Positions 36,712-46,418 of a stretch of 64,000 nt of DNA are shown piece by piece. The DNA comes from an uncultured Chloroflexia bacterium (GTDB taxonomy: Bacteria > Chloroflexota > Limnocylindria > Limnocylindrales > CSP1-4), in assembly GCA_963767165.1 (NCBI GenBank), contig CAVYCV010000005.1:111178-175177 (forward strand), written 5' to 3'. Position 1 is the stretch's first letter; each line of letters starts with the position of its first letter. The notes below the pieces were generated by a model. That model searched no databases. It saw only the letters and a list, made by a program, of their open reading frames with translations, and was not told the origin of the DNA. Made by a program: the position numbers and the translations under genes.

Positions 36712-38087
36712 ATGTAGCCGTACTTCTTGAGCAGCTTCTGGAACGCCGCGTTGTCCTTGGCAAAGGCGTGCGCGCCGCCGCCCTCGGGGATCGCGACGAA
36801 GTACAGGTACTTGTCTTCCGTGTCGGGCTGGAGCGCCGCATCGATCGAGGGCAGCGTCGGCGTCGCGATCGGACCCGGGATGAGCCCCGGGCTGACGTAG
36901 GTCTGGTAGCCGGCGAGCTCCTCGGGCACGACGACCTCCTTCATCGGGACGTCCGGCGGCGACCAGAACGAGTACTGCTGCCACATCTCGAAGGGGAGCT
37001 TGGCGAGCTCGGTCGTGTCGTTCGCCCAGATGACCGTCGGGTCGGCGTTGAGGATCTTGTTCTTGATCCCCGGCAGGCCGTCGATGCGGTTCTGGTAGAC
37101 GCCGGCGATCTTGGGTCGTTCCTCGTCGAGGACGGCCTCGCGCTCGACGATCGAAGCGAGGGCAAGCACCTGGTAGAACGACAGGCCCCGATCGGCCGGG
37201 ACGTCGAGCCGCTCGGCGCCCACCACCGCGTAGAACTTGTCGAGCATCAGGCGGATGAGCTCCTCGGCGGTCGTATCCGGCAGCACCTTGTAGCTCGATG
37301 GCCAGAGGAACCCTTCCAGCGTCGGGTGGGCCGGGACTGACGGGTCGGCCAGGATCTTCTTCAGCCACGGGTAGTCGTCGATGAGCTCCTTCGGCGGCGA
37401 GGTCGCGAGGTCGTAGAACTCCTGGACATCCATCTGCAGAGGCAGCGTCTGGAGCTTGGCCGTGATCTGCTCGAGTCGCAGACCTGTCCGCAGGCCGAGG
37501 TCCACGTACGGGATCGCCGGTGGCTCGAGCAGGGCCGTCACGAGGTCATTGGGCGCCATGTTCTTGCGCAGCAGGAAGCTCCCCTGCTGGAGTTTGTCGG
37601 TCAGCTTGCGCTCGACGACGTAGAAGACGAACGCGCGATGGTCCCGAACCAGGCCCTGATCCTCGAGCCGAGACGCGATCGTGCTCGCGGTGTCGCCATC
37701 CTGGACGACGAATTCGACCTGGCTCGCGTCGCTCGAAGCCGGCTCGGTCAGGGACGCGCCCAGGTCCTCGCGGACGATGTCCTTGACGAACGGCATCGAG
37801 AGGGCCGCGGGGTTGTCGGCCGCCCAGCTCAGGATCGTCTGGTTGACCACCGGCCGGAGGGCGGTCAGGGCGACGACGAGGACCAGCGTCGCCAGCACGA
37901 TCGCGAAGACCAGGAACTTGACGATCCCGCCGATGCCGCCGCCCGACCCGCCCCGGCCGTTGCGGCCGCCCCGTCGGGCGGGCTCGACCATCGGCGGGAG
38001 GATGTCGGTGGCATAGGCATCGGGGTCGTATGGGTGCGCGTGCGGGGCACGATCATCCCGTGGGCGTCCGCCGGAGCGGATCGTCAT
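36708..38087 (-). CDS. mltG: Endolytic murein transglycosylase MltG (YceG-like)
   Basis: Intact 459-aa ORF with an N-terminal TM and ALASIVEREAVLDEERPKIAGVYQNRI...LNADPTVIW...YQTYVSPGLIPGPIATP. Confidence 0.85.
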   Translation of the reverse strand: MTIRSGGRPRDDRAPHAHPYDPDAYATDILPPMVEPARRGGRNGRGGSGGGIGGIVKFLVFAIVLATLVLVVALTALRPVVNQTILSWAADNPAALSMPFVKDIVREDLGASLTEPASSDASQVEFVVQDGDTASTIASRLEDQGLVRDHRAFVFYVVERKLTDKLQQGSFLLRKNMAPNDLVTALLEPPAIPYVDLGLRTGLRLEQITAKLQTLPLQMDVQEFYDLATSPPKELIDDYPWLKKILADPSVPAHPTLEGFLWPSSYKVLPDTTAEELIRLMLDKFYAVVGAERLDVPADRGLSFYQVLALASIVEREAVLDEERPKIAGVYQNRIDGLPGIKNKILNADPTVIWANDTTELAKLPFEMWQQYSFWSPPDVPMKEVVVPEELAGYQTYVSPGLIPGPIATPTLPSIDAALQPDTEDKYLYFVAIPEGGGAHAFAKDNAAFQKLLKKYGYI

Positions 38088-38583
38088 GCGCGCTTCTCCG
38101 TGTCGTGGCCGGTTCGGGGCAGGGACGAACGGATCCCGGCCCGTGCGTCGAGCTCATCCTGGAGGATGATGGCCGCCGCTTCGCGATCGACGCGTGCCCG
38201 GTAGGCGTCGCGTTGCGCTCGTGTCGGGGGGCCGCCCGACCGACCCCGCTTCATCGGACCCAGTCGGTCCTCCGCGAGGTGGCTGGTCAGGCGCTCGTCG
38301 CGAAAGGTTACCGGCAATCGCAGATCCGCGGCGACCGCTTCGGCCCATGTCGCGGGTCAGGGTGGCCTGCGCGCCTTCCTCGCCGGACATCTCAAGCGGC
38401 AGCCCGACGACCAGCTCATCGATCCCGTTGGCCTCGACGAGCGCCCGCAGGCCGGCCGCGTCGCCGGCCATGTCCCGCGCCCGTCGCAGGGTCACGAGCG
38501 GCCGCGCGCGGCGTGGCGTCGCCGTCGGCCAGGGCGACGCCGACGCGACGCTCCCCGAGATCGATCCCCAGCATCCGCGTCAC
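38084..38583 (-). CDS. ruvX: Putative pre-16S rRNA nuclease / Holliday junction resolvase-like RuvX (YqgF), two frame slips
   Basis: Three segments in successive frames: VTRMLGIDLGERRVGVALADGDATPRA; PLVTLRRARDMAGDAAGLRALVEANGIDELVVGLPLEMSGEEGAQATLTRD; AEAVAADLRLPVTFRDERLTSHLAEDRL.... Slips at about 38499-38503 and 38343-38346. Length 500 = 3n+2. Confidence 0.8.
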
Positions 38584-40437
38584 GGGGCCGCCGTCGGTTC
38601 GGGCGTCTCGACCGGCACGGCCTCGTCGAGCATGAGCGTCACGCGGCCGTCGAGCGTCGGGACGGTCGACACCCAGTCGGGCCAGGCGTCGAGCTGCACC
38701 TTCCCGTAGGCCTCGAGGATGGACCGAGCCTCGTCAAGTGGCCGGCCCACGACCATCGTCCTTGAGCGCGTCGGCGTCGAGGATCGCGACCTGGGTGGCC
38801 GATGCGGTGGCCGGGAAGCTGATCCGGTCGCCGGTCACGACCGCCGGGTCGACCACCACCTTGATCGAATTCTCGACGAGCCTGTGGCCGCTGTCGATCG
38901 TCGAGCGCAACCGCTCGGCCACGACCTCCTGGACCGGACCGGGGTTGACCGCGGTGACCGTGCCGGTCGCGTTGAGGCCCAGTTCGAACGAGGGGACCTC
39001 CTGGTCGACGAGGCTGGCCGGATCGACGGTCGGCACCGGGACGCCGAGCACCCCGGTCTCCGGGAACACGGTCACGCCCGGCGACGCGATGGACGGATCC
39101 GCGAGCCTCGCCGCGAAGGCCGCCTGGAGCGCCGGCTCGAGCGCGGCGAGGGCGGCGTCGACGTCCTTCTGGCTCACCTTCGGGAATTCGTCGTGCTTGC
39201 CGCCGCTCGTCTCGTCGGGGTTCACGACGTCGAGCGAGATGGGGTCCTCGCCCTTGGGGATCACCACGATCGTGTTCGGCTCGACGTTGCCCTCCAGGCC
39301 AGGCTTGACCGCGGTCACCTTGACCGTGGCGGTCTTGGGGAAGACGGTGAAACCGACGAGATCGGCGCGCGGCACGGTCACCGCGCCGTCGGTCTTGAAC
39401 CGGATGCCGTTCTGGGTGCTGACAACGCTGCCGGCCGGGATCGTGTTCGATGACGTGAAGTCCTTGTTCCGGAAGCGGACCACGCCCTTGGCCTTCGCCT
39501 CCTCGACCCGCTTGCCCGTGGTCTGGAAGGTGTTGGTCGCCGTCGCATCCACGGTCAGGACCTCGGCCGGGACGACCTTGGCGTCGGCGTCGGGCGCCGT
39601 CGCGTTCGGGTCGGCGAGGATCGTCATCGAGACGGGGCCGACGGTCTCGTCCTTGGGCGTCACGGTGATGGTCGCCGACGGCAGCACGAGATAGGCACCG
39701 ACCCCGCCGATCAGCAGCGCAAGCGCGATCGCCACCAGCCCGACCAGCAGCGGCGTGCGTGGTATCGCGCGCAGCGAGCCGAGCGTCACGGGCCCGCCGC
39801 GGACCGGCCCGTCCTGGACCCGTGGGTCCCGCGGCAGCGGGTCACCGGCGGCGTCCCGGATCGATGTCCCGCGGCCGCCGTCGCGGATCGATGTGCCCGT
39901 CGCGGACGTGCCACGCGGGCTGGGCGCGGACGTCGTCCGCAGGGCCGCCGCCGCGGCAGCCAGCTCTGCCGCCTCCATGTCGTCGAGGGTCTGCTGGACG
40001 GGCGCCTCGGGAGGGCGCGCCGCCGGTGGCGGGGTGATCGTGGTGCGGGCGGTCTCACCCGCGAGCGCCGCGGCGGCAGCCGCCTGCGCTGCCTCGGTCG
40101 CGCGCGGGGTCTCCGGGCTCGCGATCGCCTCAGCGCTCAACGCGTCCGCCGCGGCCCCGGGCCCGAGCGAGTCCTCGTACTCTCCCACCGAGCTGAACAC
40201 CGGCAGACCGGCAGACGCGGCGAGCGCCCGCGTCGCCGCGTCGTTAGCGATGATCGAGAGGCGCTTCTCATGCGTCAGGGCGTCCCGGGCGAGCAACCGG
40301 AAGTTGATCCGTGACGTGGCGACGCGCGACCCGTGCGGCAGCACCACGGCGGCCCGGCGCCCCTCCACCGTCCGGATGCGAGCGGCCGCCGAGGTGATCT
40401 CGTCGTCGATGTCGAGGTAGATGACGCCGCCGGCCAC
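38580..40437 (-). CDS. Large bitopic membrane protein: 85-aa cytoplasmic domain, Ala/Pro linker, one TM and a beta-rich ectodomain. One slip near the 3' end.
   Basis: ORF 38734..40437 (GTG at 40437, 2 nt after the upstream stop). Contains IYLDIDDEITSAAARIRTVEGRRAAVVLPHGSRVATSRINFRLLARDA, tandem GTSIRD repeats and TM LLVGLVAIALALLIGGVGAYLVL. The ectodomain has AKGVVRFRNKDFTSSNTIPAGSVVSTQNGIRFKT...VKVTAVKPGLEGNVEPNTI. After a slip at about 38759-38762 it continues MVVGRPLDEARSILEAYGKVQLDAWPDWVSTVPTLDGRVTLMLDE to a TGA overlapping the ruvX GTG. Length 1858 = 3n+1. Confidence 0.65.
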
Positions 40438-40439
40438 GG

Positions 40440-41702
40440 TCAGACCTTCATCGCCCGCAGGACGCGCCGGAGCGCCGCGTCGAGCGGGTCCTCCGTCGTC
40501 TGGAGCTCGATCGCCTGGTAGGCCAGGCCCAGCGGCGTCACGTCCTGCTGGTCGACCAGCAGCGCGGTCGCATCGGAGATCGTCTCGATCTGGTCAGGCG
40601 CCATCACCGTCACCTCGGGCGGACGGGCGAACGGCAGGCCCTTCCAGAATGCCTCAGATGCGAGCGAGGCGCGGATCTCCGGCAGCCGCGAGCCGCCGCC
40701 GCACAGGAAGATCCGCCCGGGCAGGAGGTCGCCACCCGACAGCTCCTCCATCACCAGCTCGACGCCGGCGGCCCAGACACGGACGTCGTCGCCGATGATC
40801 CCGGCGACGGTCTCGCGGTCCTCGACCGGCAGGTCTCGGGCGTAGTCCACCTTGAGCGACTCGGCCCGTGGGAAGGGCAGGTCCAGCCGATCGGCGAGGC
40901 TCTTGGTGAACGCCCGACCGCCCAGCGCGAACATCCGGGTCCCCTCGATGCCGCCCTGTCGAACGAGCGCCACGTCCGTCGTGCCGCCGCCGACGTCTAC
41001 GAACAGCGCGCCCGACTGGCGGATCTGGTCGCTGCCGAGCACCCTGGCGACCGCGTACGGCTCGGCGACGATCTCGAGGAGCTCCAGGTCGAGCTGACTC
41101 GCGACGCTCTGGAGGGCGCCGAGGTGGACCAGCGGCGCGAACGCGTTGAAGATGCCGATCTTCACGTGTCGACCCTGGAAGCCCACCGGGTTGGTCAGCG
41201 CGTACCCGTCGATCGAGGCGCCGGTGACGGCAGCGTGGACCAGGCGGACGTCGACGTGGGGCAGGCCCGTCTCCCAGGTGATCGCCCGTTCGGCTTCGCG
41301 GAGCGCCTCCCGCTGGACGTTGTCGATGAGCTTCTGGAGCTCGCCCTCGGTGATCGGCTGGTCGGGCTTCTTGCGTTCCTGGGCGTGCGTCGTCGTGAAC
41401 CCCTTGACCAGCTCGCCGGCGATACCGATGACGACCTGGGTCGGCCGGAAGCCGGCCATCTCCTCGGCCTCCTGGAGCGCGACGGCGCAGTTGTCGACGA
41501 CCGCGGCGATGTCCGCGACCGTGCCCGACTGCATGTGCGAGAGGCCCTGGCGCTTACGCCCGACGCCACGCACCGTCCCGTGACCCGCGGCATCGATGTC
41601 GAACACGAGCGCCTTGGCGAACTCCGTCCCGACGTCGAGCGCGGTGCAGGCGGCGAGGGCCTCTTCCCCGTCACGCTGCCAGATGCGGCGCCAGAAGGCC
41701 AT
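40440..41702 (-). CDS. Actin-fold ATPase of the FtsA/PilM family
   Basis: Intact 420-aa ORF with ALDVGTEFAKALVF (phosphate 1), SGTVADIAAVVDNCAVALQEAEEMAGFRPTQVVIGIAGELVKG, FVDVGGGTTDVALV (phosphate 2), FLCGGGSRLPEI (adenosine motif) and a C-terminal amphipathic LDAALRRVLRAMKV. The start shares one base with the alaS stop (TGATG). Confidence 0.7.
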   Translation of the reverse strand: MAFWRRIWQRDGEEALAACTALDVGTEFAKALVFDIDAAGHGTVRGVGRKRQGLSHMQSGTVADIAAVVDNCAVALQEAEEMAGFRPTQVVIGIAGELVKGFTTTHAQERKKPDQPITEGELQKLIDNVQREALREAERAITWETGLPHVDVRLVHAAVTGASIDGYALTNPVGFQGRHVKIGIFNAFAPLVHLGALQSVASQLDLELLEIVAEPYAVARVLGSDQIRQSGALFVDVGGGTTDVALVRQGGIEGTRMFALGGRAFTKSLADRLDLPFPRAESLKVDYARDLPVEDRETVAGIIGDDVRVWAAGVELVMEELSGGDLLPGRIFLCGGGSRLPEIRASLASEAFWKGLPFARPPEVTVMAPDQIETISDATALLVDQQDVTPLGLAYQAIELQTTEDPLDAALRRVLRAMKV

Positions 41703-44455
41703 CAGGCCCCCGTTTCGAGGGCGGTCGTGATGGCCGCGAGGGCCGCCGGCAGCCCCTCCCGGTCCGTGCCCTTCCCCTGGGCCATCTCGGGGCGGCCGCC
41801 GCCGCGGCCGCCGATGCTGGGCATGGCCGCGTTGACCAGGGCGCCCGCCGAGATGCCGCGCGCGACAAGATCGGGCGACACGGTCACGAACAGCTGCGGC
41901 TCGTCGACGTCGAGGGCGAGCGCGACGACCCCGGATCCGAGCGCCGTGCTGATCGTCCGGGCGGCGCCCTTGAGGGCATCCATCGACTCGTAGCGGGCGG
42001 CGTGGGCGACCACCCGCACGCCAGGCGTCACTTCGGTGGCCCCGGCGACGAGCTGTTCGGGCGTCGCGATGGCGGGGCCGGCGCCTTCCCTAAGGCGTCG
42101 CTTCGTCTCGCGCAGCTCGTCCTGCAACGCGGCGACGCGCTCCGGCAGGGCCTCGCTCGAGCGGGCGCCGGCGACCTCCGTGGCCCGCTCCAGCAGCCCG
42201 AAGCGCTCACGGACCAGGGCATCGGCCCCGGCTCCGGTGACGGCCTCGATGCGCCGCTGCCCCGAGCCGATGCTGCGCTCGCCGGTGATGACGAAACCGC
42301 CGATCTGGCCCGTCGCCCGGCAATGGGTGCCGCCGCACAGCTCGAACGAGTAGTCCTGGACGCGGATCGTCCGGACCGTCTCGCCGTACTTCTCATCGAA
42401 GAAGGCGTCCGCGCCGCCCGCGATCGCCTCGGCCATGCTCATGAACGCGATGGAGACGGGCCGGTCGTCGCGGATGATGCGCCGGACCTCGTCCTCGATG
42501 GCCCGCCTCTCGTCGTCGGTGAGCGCCCGGTCGAACGGGAAGTCGAAGCGCAGGTAGTCGGGCGTGACGAGGGAACCCGCCTGGCGGGCCCGCTCCCCGA
42601 CCACGTTCCGAAGCGCCCGGTGCAGAAGGTGGGTCCCCGTGTGGTTGCGCATGGTGTGGGCCCGCCGCTCGGCGTCGACGACGGCCTCGACCGTCGATCC
42701 GACAGTCAGACGTCCCTGGAGCGTCCCGCGATGGACGATGAGGCCACCGACCGGCTTCTGGGTGTCGGTGACCGCGAACAGCACGCTCCCGCCACCAGGC
42801 TCGCGGATCTCGCCCTGGTCTCCGACCTGGCCGCCGCCCTCGGCATAGAAGGGCGTGCGATCGAGGACGACCTCGGCATCCCCCTTGCCCGTCAACTCGT
42901 CGTACTCGGTGCCGTCGCGCACGATCGCGACGACGCGGCCCTCGGCGGTCGTCGTCTCGTAGCCGAGGAACTCCGTGTCGCCGGCTCGCGCCTGGATGGC
43001 ACCGTACAGCGAGCCAAGCTCCGCGTGGCGGCTGAGCTCGGCCTTGCGACCCGAGCGCGAGCGGTCGCGCTGCTCGGCCAGGGCGCGCTCGAACGCGTCT
43101 CGGTCGACCCCGACGCCGTACTCAGCGGCGAGCTCGACCGTGAGGTCCACCGGAAAGCCGTACGTGTCGTGAAGACGGAACGCGAGCTCCCCGTCGAGCT
43201 GCGGGGCGTCACCCGGGAGGTCCTCGGGCCGCCGGCCGACGGCCCGCTCGGTCGTCGCGAGCGCCGCCAGCGCGTCATCGAGATGGACCGTCCCCGCGTC
43301 GAGCGTCCGGGCGAACTGGGCCTCCTCGCGGGCGATGGCCCCCAGGATCTCCTCCTTCCGCGCGACAAGGTGCGGGTAGGCCCCGCCCATGACCTCGATG
43401 ACCGTCGTGGCGAGATCGCTCAGGAACGGCTCGCGGCGGCCGAGGAGCCGGCCGTGGCGGACGGCCCGGCGGAGGATCCGGCGCAGGACGTAGCCACGGC
43501 CCTCGTTGGACGGCAGGACATCGTCGGCGATGAGGAACGTGACCGCGCGCGAGTGGTCGGCGATGACCTGGTAGCTGAACCGCTCGGCTTCGAAGCTCTC
43601 GGGATCGTGGCCCAGGATCTCGCGCAGACGGTCGTGGATCGGCGTGAACAGGTCCGTGTCATAGTTGGTCGGGACCTGCTGGACGACGCTCGCGATGCGT
43701 TCCAGACCCATCCCGGTGTCGACGCCCGGCGCCGGCAACGGGACAAGCGAGCGGTCCGGCTGCAGTTCGAACTCCATGAATACGAGGTTCCAGACCTCCA
43801 GCCAGCGCGGGCACAGCTCGCTGTGGTCGGGAACGCAGTGGGGACCCTCGGAGAACTGCGCGCCACGGTCGAAGTGCAGCTCGGAGCACGGGCCGCACGG
43901 TCCGATGTCGGCCATGCGCCACCAGTTCTTCTCGTCGCCGTTGGGAAAGTCGCCCCAGCGGACGAGTCGCTCGGGCGGCAGGCCGATCTCGTCCCGCCAG
44001 ACGTCATGCGCGACATCGTCGGTCGAGTAGACGGTCGCCGCCAGCCGCTCCCCGGGGATCCCGAGGTCGCGCGTGAGGAAGTCCCAGGCCCAGTGGATCG
44101 CCTCGCGCTTGAAGTAGTCGCCAAAGCTCCAGTTGCCGAGCATCTCGAAGAGGGTGTGATGCCGTGGCGTCCGCCCGACCTCCTCGAAGTCGTTGTGCTT
44201 GCCGGCCACGCGCAGGACCCGCTGGTAGTCGACGGCCCGGGTGTAGGAGCGCTTCTCGGTCCCCGTCAGGGCGTCCTTGAACTGGACCATCCCGGAGTTC
44301 GTGAAGAGCAGCGTCTGGTCGCCCGCCGGCACGAGGCTCGCGCTCGGGACGACGGTATGGCCACGCTCCTCGAAGAACTCGATGAACCGGCGCCGGATCT
44401 CGGCGCCGGGCAGCGTCAGGATGCGCGGGTCTGGACTCTCGCTCGGGGTCGACAT
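41702..44455 (-). CDS. alaS: Alanine--tRNA ligase
   Basis: ORF 41702..44767 trimmed to MSTPSESPDPRILTLPGAEIRRRFIEFFEERGHTVVPSASLVP...LLFTNSGMVQFKD. 917 aa, including the HTGTHLLH and CGGTHC editing/zinc motifs. Confidence 0.95.
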   Translation of the reverse strand: MSTPSESPDPRILTLPGAEIRRRFIEFFEERGHTVVPSASLVPAGDQTLLFTNSGMVQFKDALTGTEKRSYTRAVDYQRVLRVAGKHNDFEEVGRTPRHHTLFEMLGNWSFGDYFKREAIHWAWDFLTRDLGIPGERLAATVYSTDDVAHDVWRDEIGLPPERLVRWGDFPNGDEKNWWRMADIGPCGPCSELHFDRGAQFSEGPHCVPDHSELCPRWLEVWNLVFMEFELQPDRSLVPLPAPGVDTGMGLERIASVVQQVPTNYDTDLFTPIHDRLREILGHDPESFEAERFSYQVIADHSRAVTFLIADDVLPSNEGRGYVLRRILRRAVRHGRLLGRREPFLSDLATTVIEVMGGAYPHLVARKEEILGAIAREEAQFARTLDAGTVHLDDALAALATTERAVGRRPEDLPGDAPQLDGELAFRLHDTYGFPVDLTVELAAEYGVGVDRDAFERALAEQRDRSRSGRKAELSRHAELGSLYGAIQARAGDTEFLGYETTTAEGRVVAIVRDGTEYDELTGKGDAEVVLDRTPFYAEGGGQVGDQGEIREPGGGSVLFAVTDTQKPVGGLIVHRGTLQGRLTVGSTVEAVVDAERRAHTMRNHTGTHLLHRALRNVVGERARQAGSLVTPDYLRFDFPFDRALTDDERRAIEDEVRRIIRDDRPVSIAFMSMAEAIAGGADAFFDEKYGETVRTIRVQDYSFELCGGTHCRATGQIGGFVITGERSIGSGQRRIEAVTGAGADALVRERFGLLERATEVAGARSSEALPERVAALQDELRETKRRLREGAGPAIATPEQLVAGATEVTPGVRVVAHAARYESMDALKGAARTISTALGSGVVALALDVDEPQLFVTVSPDLVARGISAGALVNAAMPSIGGRGGGRPEMAQGKGTDREGLPAALAAITTALETGA

Positions 44456-44615
44456 GGGCCGCAATGGTAACGAACGCCGACGCCTCCCCGAGATCGGCCC
44501 GATCGTCGCGACCGAAAGGCTTCTGCAATGTCCGGCGGACAGCGTTCGTCGCGACAGCCCCATGCGGTCCGTCATGCTCAGGCGGGCCCCGGATCGCAGC
44601 CCGAAGGAGGCCGAC

Positions 44616-44788
44616 ATGACGATGGTCAGGAAGTGTGAGAAGTGCGGTTCGCTCGACCGCCGAGTGACGTGGAGCTCCGCAGAGGAGGCCGCCAAGTCCG
44701 GCGCCTCGACAACTGGTCGTGCCCGATGTGCGCGTGGCCGGAGTTCGACCTCGTCGAGGCCGAGCACGAGGTCCCGGCGAACGCCTGA
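44616..44788 (+). CDS. Small 4-Cys zinc-ribbon protein, frame slip mid-gene
   Basis: GAAGGAGG then ATG at 44616: MTMVRKCEKCGSLDRRVTWSSAEEAAKSG. It continues in another frame as LDNWSCPMCAWPEFDLVEAEHEVPANA. The slip near 44700 behaves as -1 (length 173 = 3n+2). Confidence 0.45.
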
Positions 44789-44830
44789 ACGGCGCGACGC
44801 GATCGGCCGTTCGGACGAAGCGCCGGCCGG

Positions 44831-45010
44831 TCAGTCGGCCCTTGATGCCTCGCGTTTAGCGCCGTCGGCGAGGTTCGCCGGCGGCGCATCTGAGCGGACC
44901 GCCGATCGGCGCCGACGGGTCCAGAACGACGAACCGGCGATGACCGCGCCGATGATGGCGCCGAGCGTCAAGCCGCGCAGGAACTTGGCGGCCGTCTGAT
45001 CGTCGCTCAC
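44831..45010 (-). CDS. Small single-TM protein (59 aa)
   Basis: Tail of ORF 44831..45349: [35 protein letters not shown].... The GTG overlaps the upstream stop (GTGA). Confidence 0.4.
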   Translation of the reverse strand: MSDDQTAAKFLRGLTLGAIIGAVIAGSSFWTRRRRSAVRSDAPPANLADGAKREASRAD

Positions 45011-45285
45011 GTGCGCCGCTCCGTGGGGCCGAGGACGGCGACCACGTTGACGATCGCGATGCCGAGCCACGCCCCCGCCGACGCGGCGACGAGCCTGAAG
45101 TCGCCGATCGCGGCGAACGTGATGCCCAGCCGGTCGCCGAGCGTGTTCCCGGCCCACGCGCCCAGGATCGCGGCCCCCACCACGAGCGGCAGGCGCCCGC
45201 CGGCGCTGCCCCGGATCAGCACGTAGATCGAGGCGTTGAACACGCCGACCAGGGCGCCCAGGATGAGGGCCGGGTCGAGGCTCAC
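45007..45285 (-). CDS. Small polytopic membrane protein (92 aa)
   Basis: ORF 45007..45285: [26 protein letters not shown]...[17 protein letters not shown]...[17 protein letters not shown]. It directly follows mnmA. Confidence 0.5.
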   Translation of the reverse strand: MSLDPALILGALVGVFNASIYVLIRGSAGGRLPLVVGAAILGAWAGNTLGDRLGITFAAIGDFRLVAASAGAWLGIAIVNVVAVLGPTERRT

Positions 45286-46418
45286 GCGGAAGCCGCCAGG
45301 ACCGCCTCGGGCCCACGAGCGTCGGACGCTGCGCCGCCGGCTGGGTCACGCGCGATGCGGCCGCCCCCGAGCACGATGTCGCCGTCGTACAGCACCGCAG
45401 CCTGGCCGGGGGCGGCGGCCCAGACCGGCTCGTCCGTCGTGACCCGCCAGCGACGATCGCCGAGATCGTCCAGCGATGCCCGGATCGGGGTCGCGCGATG
45501 GCGGATCCGGATGTTCGCCCGGAACGCCGTCCCGGGCGCCGCGCCGACGACGAAGCTGGCTCGCTCGAGCTCGAACGTGTGCGTCTCCAGGTCCTGCCGA
45601 CGGCCGAGCTGGATCGTGTTCGTCAACGGATCGATCCGGCTGACGTAGCGCGGCTCGCCGAGCGCGACCCCCAGGCCCTGGCGCTGGCCCACCGTGAAGC
45701 CGGCCGAACCCGGGTGGTCCCCCACCCGCTCGCCGTCGACGTCGATGAGCGGACCGGCCTCCGGTCGCCAGCCGGCCCGGTCCCGGAGCGCGTCGCGGTA
45801 GTCGCCACCGGGCACGAAGCAGATCTCCTGGCTCTCGGGCTTCTCGGCGGTGGCGAGGCCGAGGTGCCGCGCGACGTCGCGCACCTCCGGCTTCGTGAGC
45901 TCCCCGAGCGGGAACCGGGCGTGCTCGAGCTGGTCCTGGCGCAGCCCGTAGAGGAAGTACGTCTGATCCTTCTCGTCGTCCCGGGCCCGGCGCAGGCGCG
46001 CGCGCCCGTCCGGCCCGACGTCGCGCCGGGCGTAGTGTCCGGTCGCGACGGCGTCGCAGTCGTACAGGTGTCGGGCGCGGCCCAGCAGCGCCCCGAACTT
46101 CACGTACGTGTTGCAGTCGACGCACGGGCTCGGCGTCCGGCCGTCGAGGTAGGCGTCGAGGAACGGCTGGAGGACACCGGCATCGAATTCGCGCTCGAGA
46201 TTCATGACGTAGAACGGGATGTCCAGCTGCGCGGCGACCCGGCGCGCGTCGTCGGCCGCGTCGAGCGAGCAGCAGCTCTTCTTGAATTCCGAGTAGCTGT
46301 CCGCGACGTCGTGCAGGCGCATCCACACGCCGACCACCTCGTGGCCCTGCTCGTGCAGCAATGCCGCCGCGACCGACGAGTCGACCCCGCCGGACATCGC
46401 GACCAGGATCCGGCTCAC
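45282..46418 (-). CDS. mnmA: tRNA-specific 2-thiouridylase
   Basis: C-terminal 378 aa of ORF 45282..47354: [18 protein letters not shown]...[17 protein letters not shown]...ATGHYAR...[14 protein letters not shown] overlap with the desulfurase stop. Confidence 0.9.
   Translation of the reverse strand: MSRILVAMSGGVDSSVAAALLHEQGHEVVGVWMRLHDVADSYSEFKKSCCSLDAADDARRVAAQLDIPFYVMNLEREFDAGVLQPFLDAYLDGRTPSPCVDCNTYVKFGALLGRARHLYDCDAVATGHYARRDVGPDGRARLRRARDDEKDQTYFLYGLRQDQLEHARFPLGELTKPEVRDVARHLGLATAEKPESQEICFVPGGDYRDALRDRAGWRPEAGPLIDVDGERVGDHPGSAGFTVGQRQGLGVALGEPRYVSRIDPLTNTIQLGRRQDLETHTFELERASFVVGAAPGTAFRANIRIRHRATPIRASLDDLGDRRWRVTTDEPVWAAAPGQAAVLYDGDIVLGGGRIARDPAGGAASDARGPEAVLAASA

Noticed and set aside
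39840-39910. Short tandem DNA repeat (cggatcgatgt(c/g)cc) that might hint at a repeat array
   Set aside because: It is only two copies, in frame inside the membrane protein linker, encoding GTSIRD twice. It is not a CRISPR or intergenic repeat.
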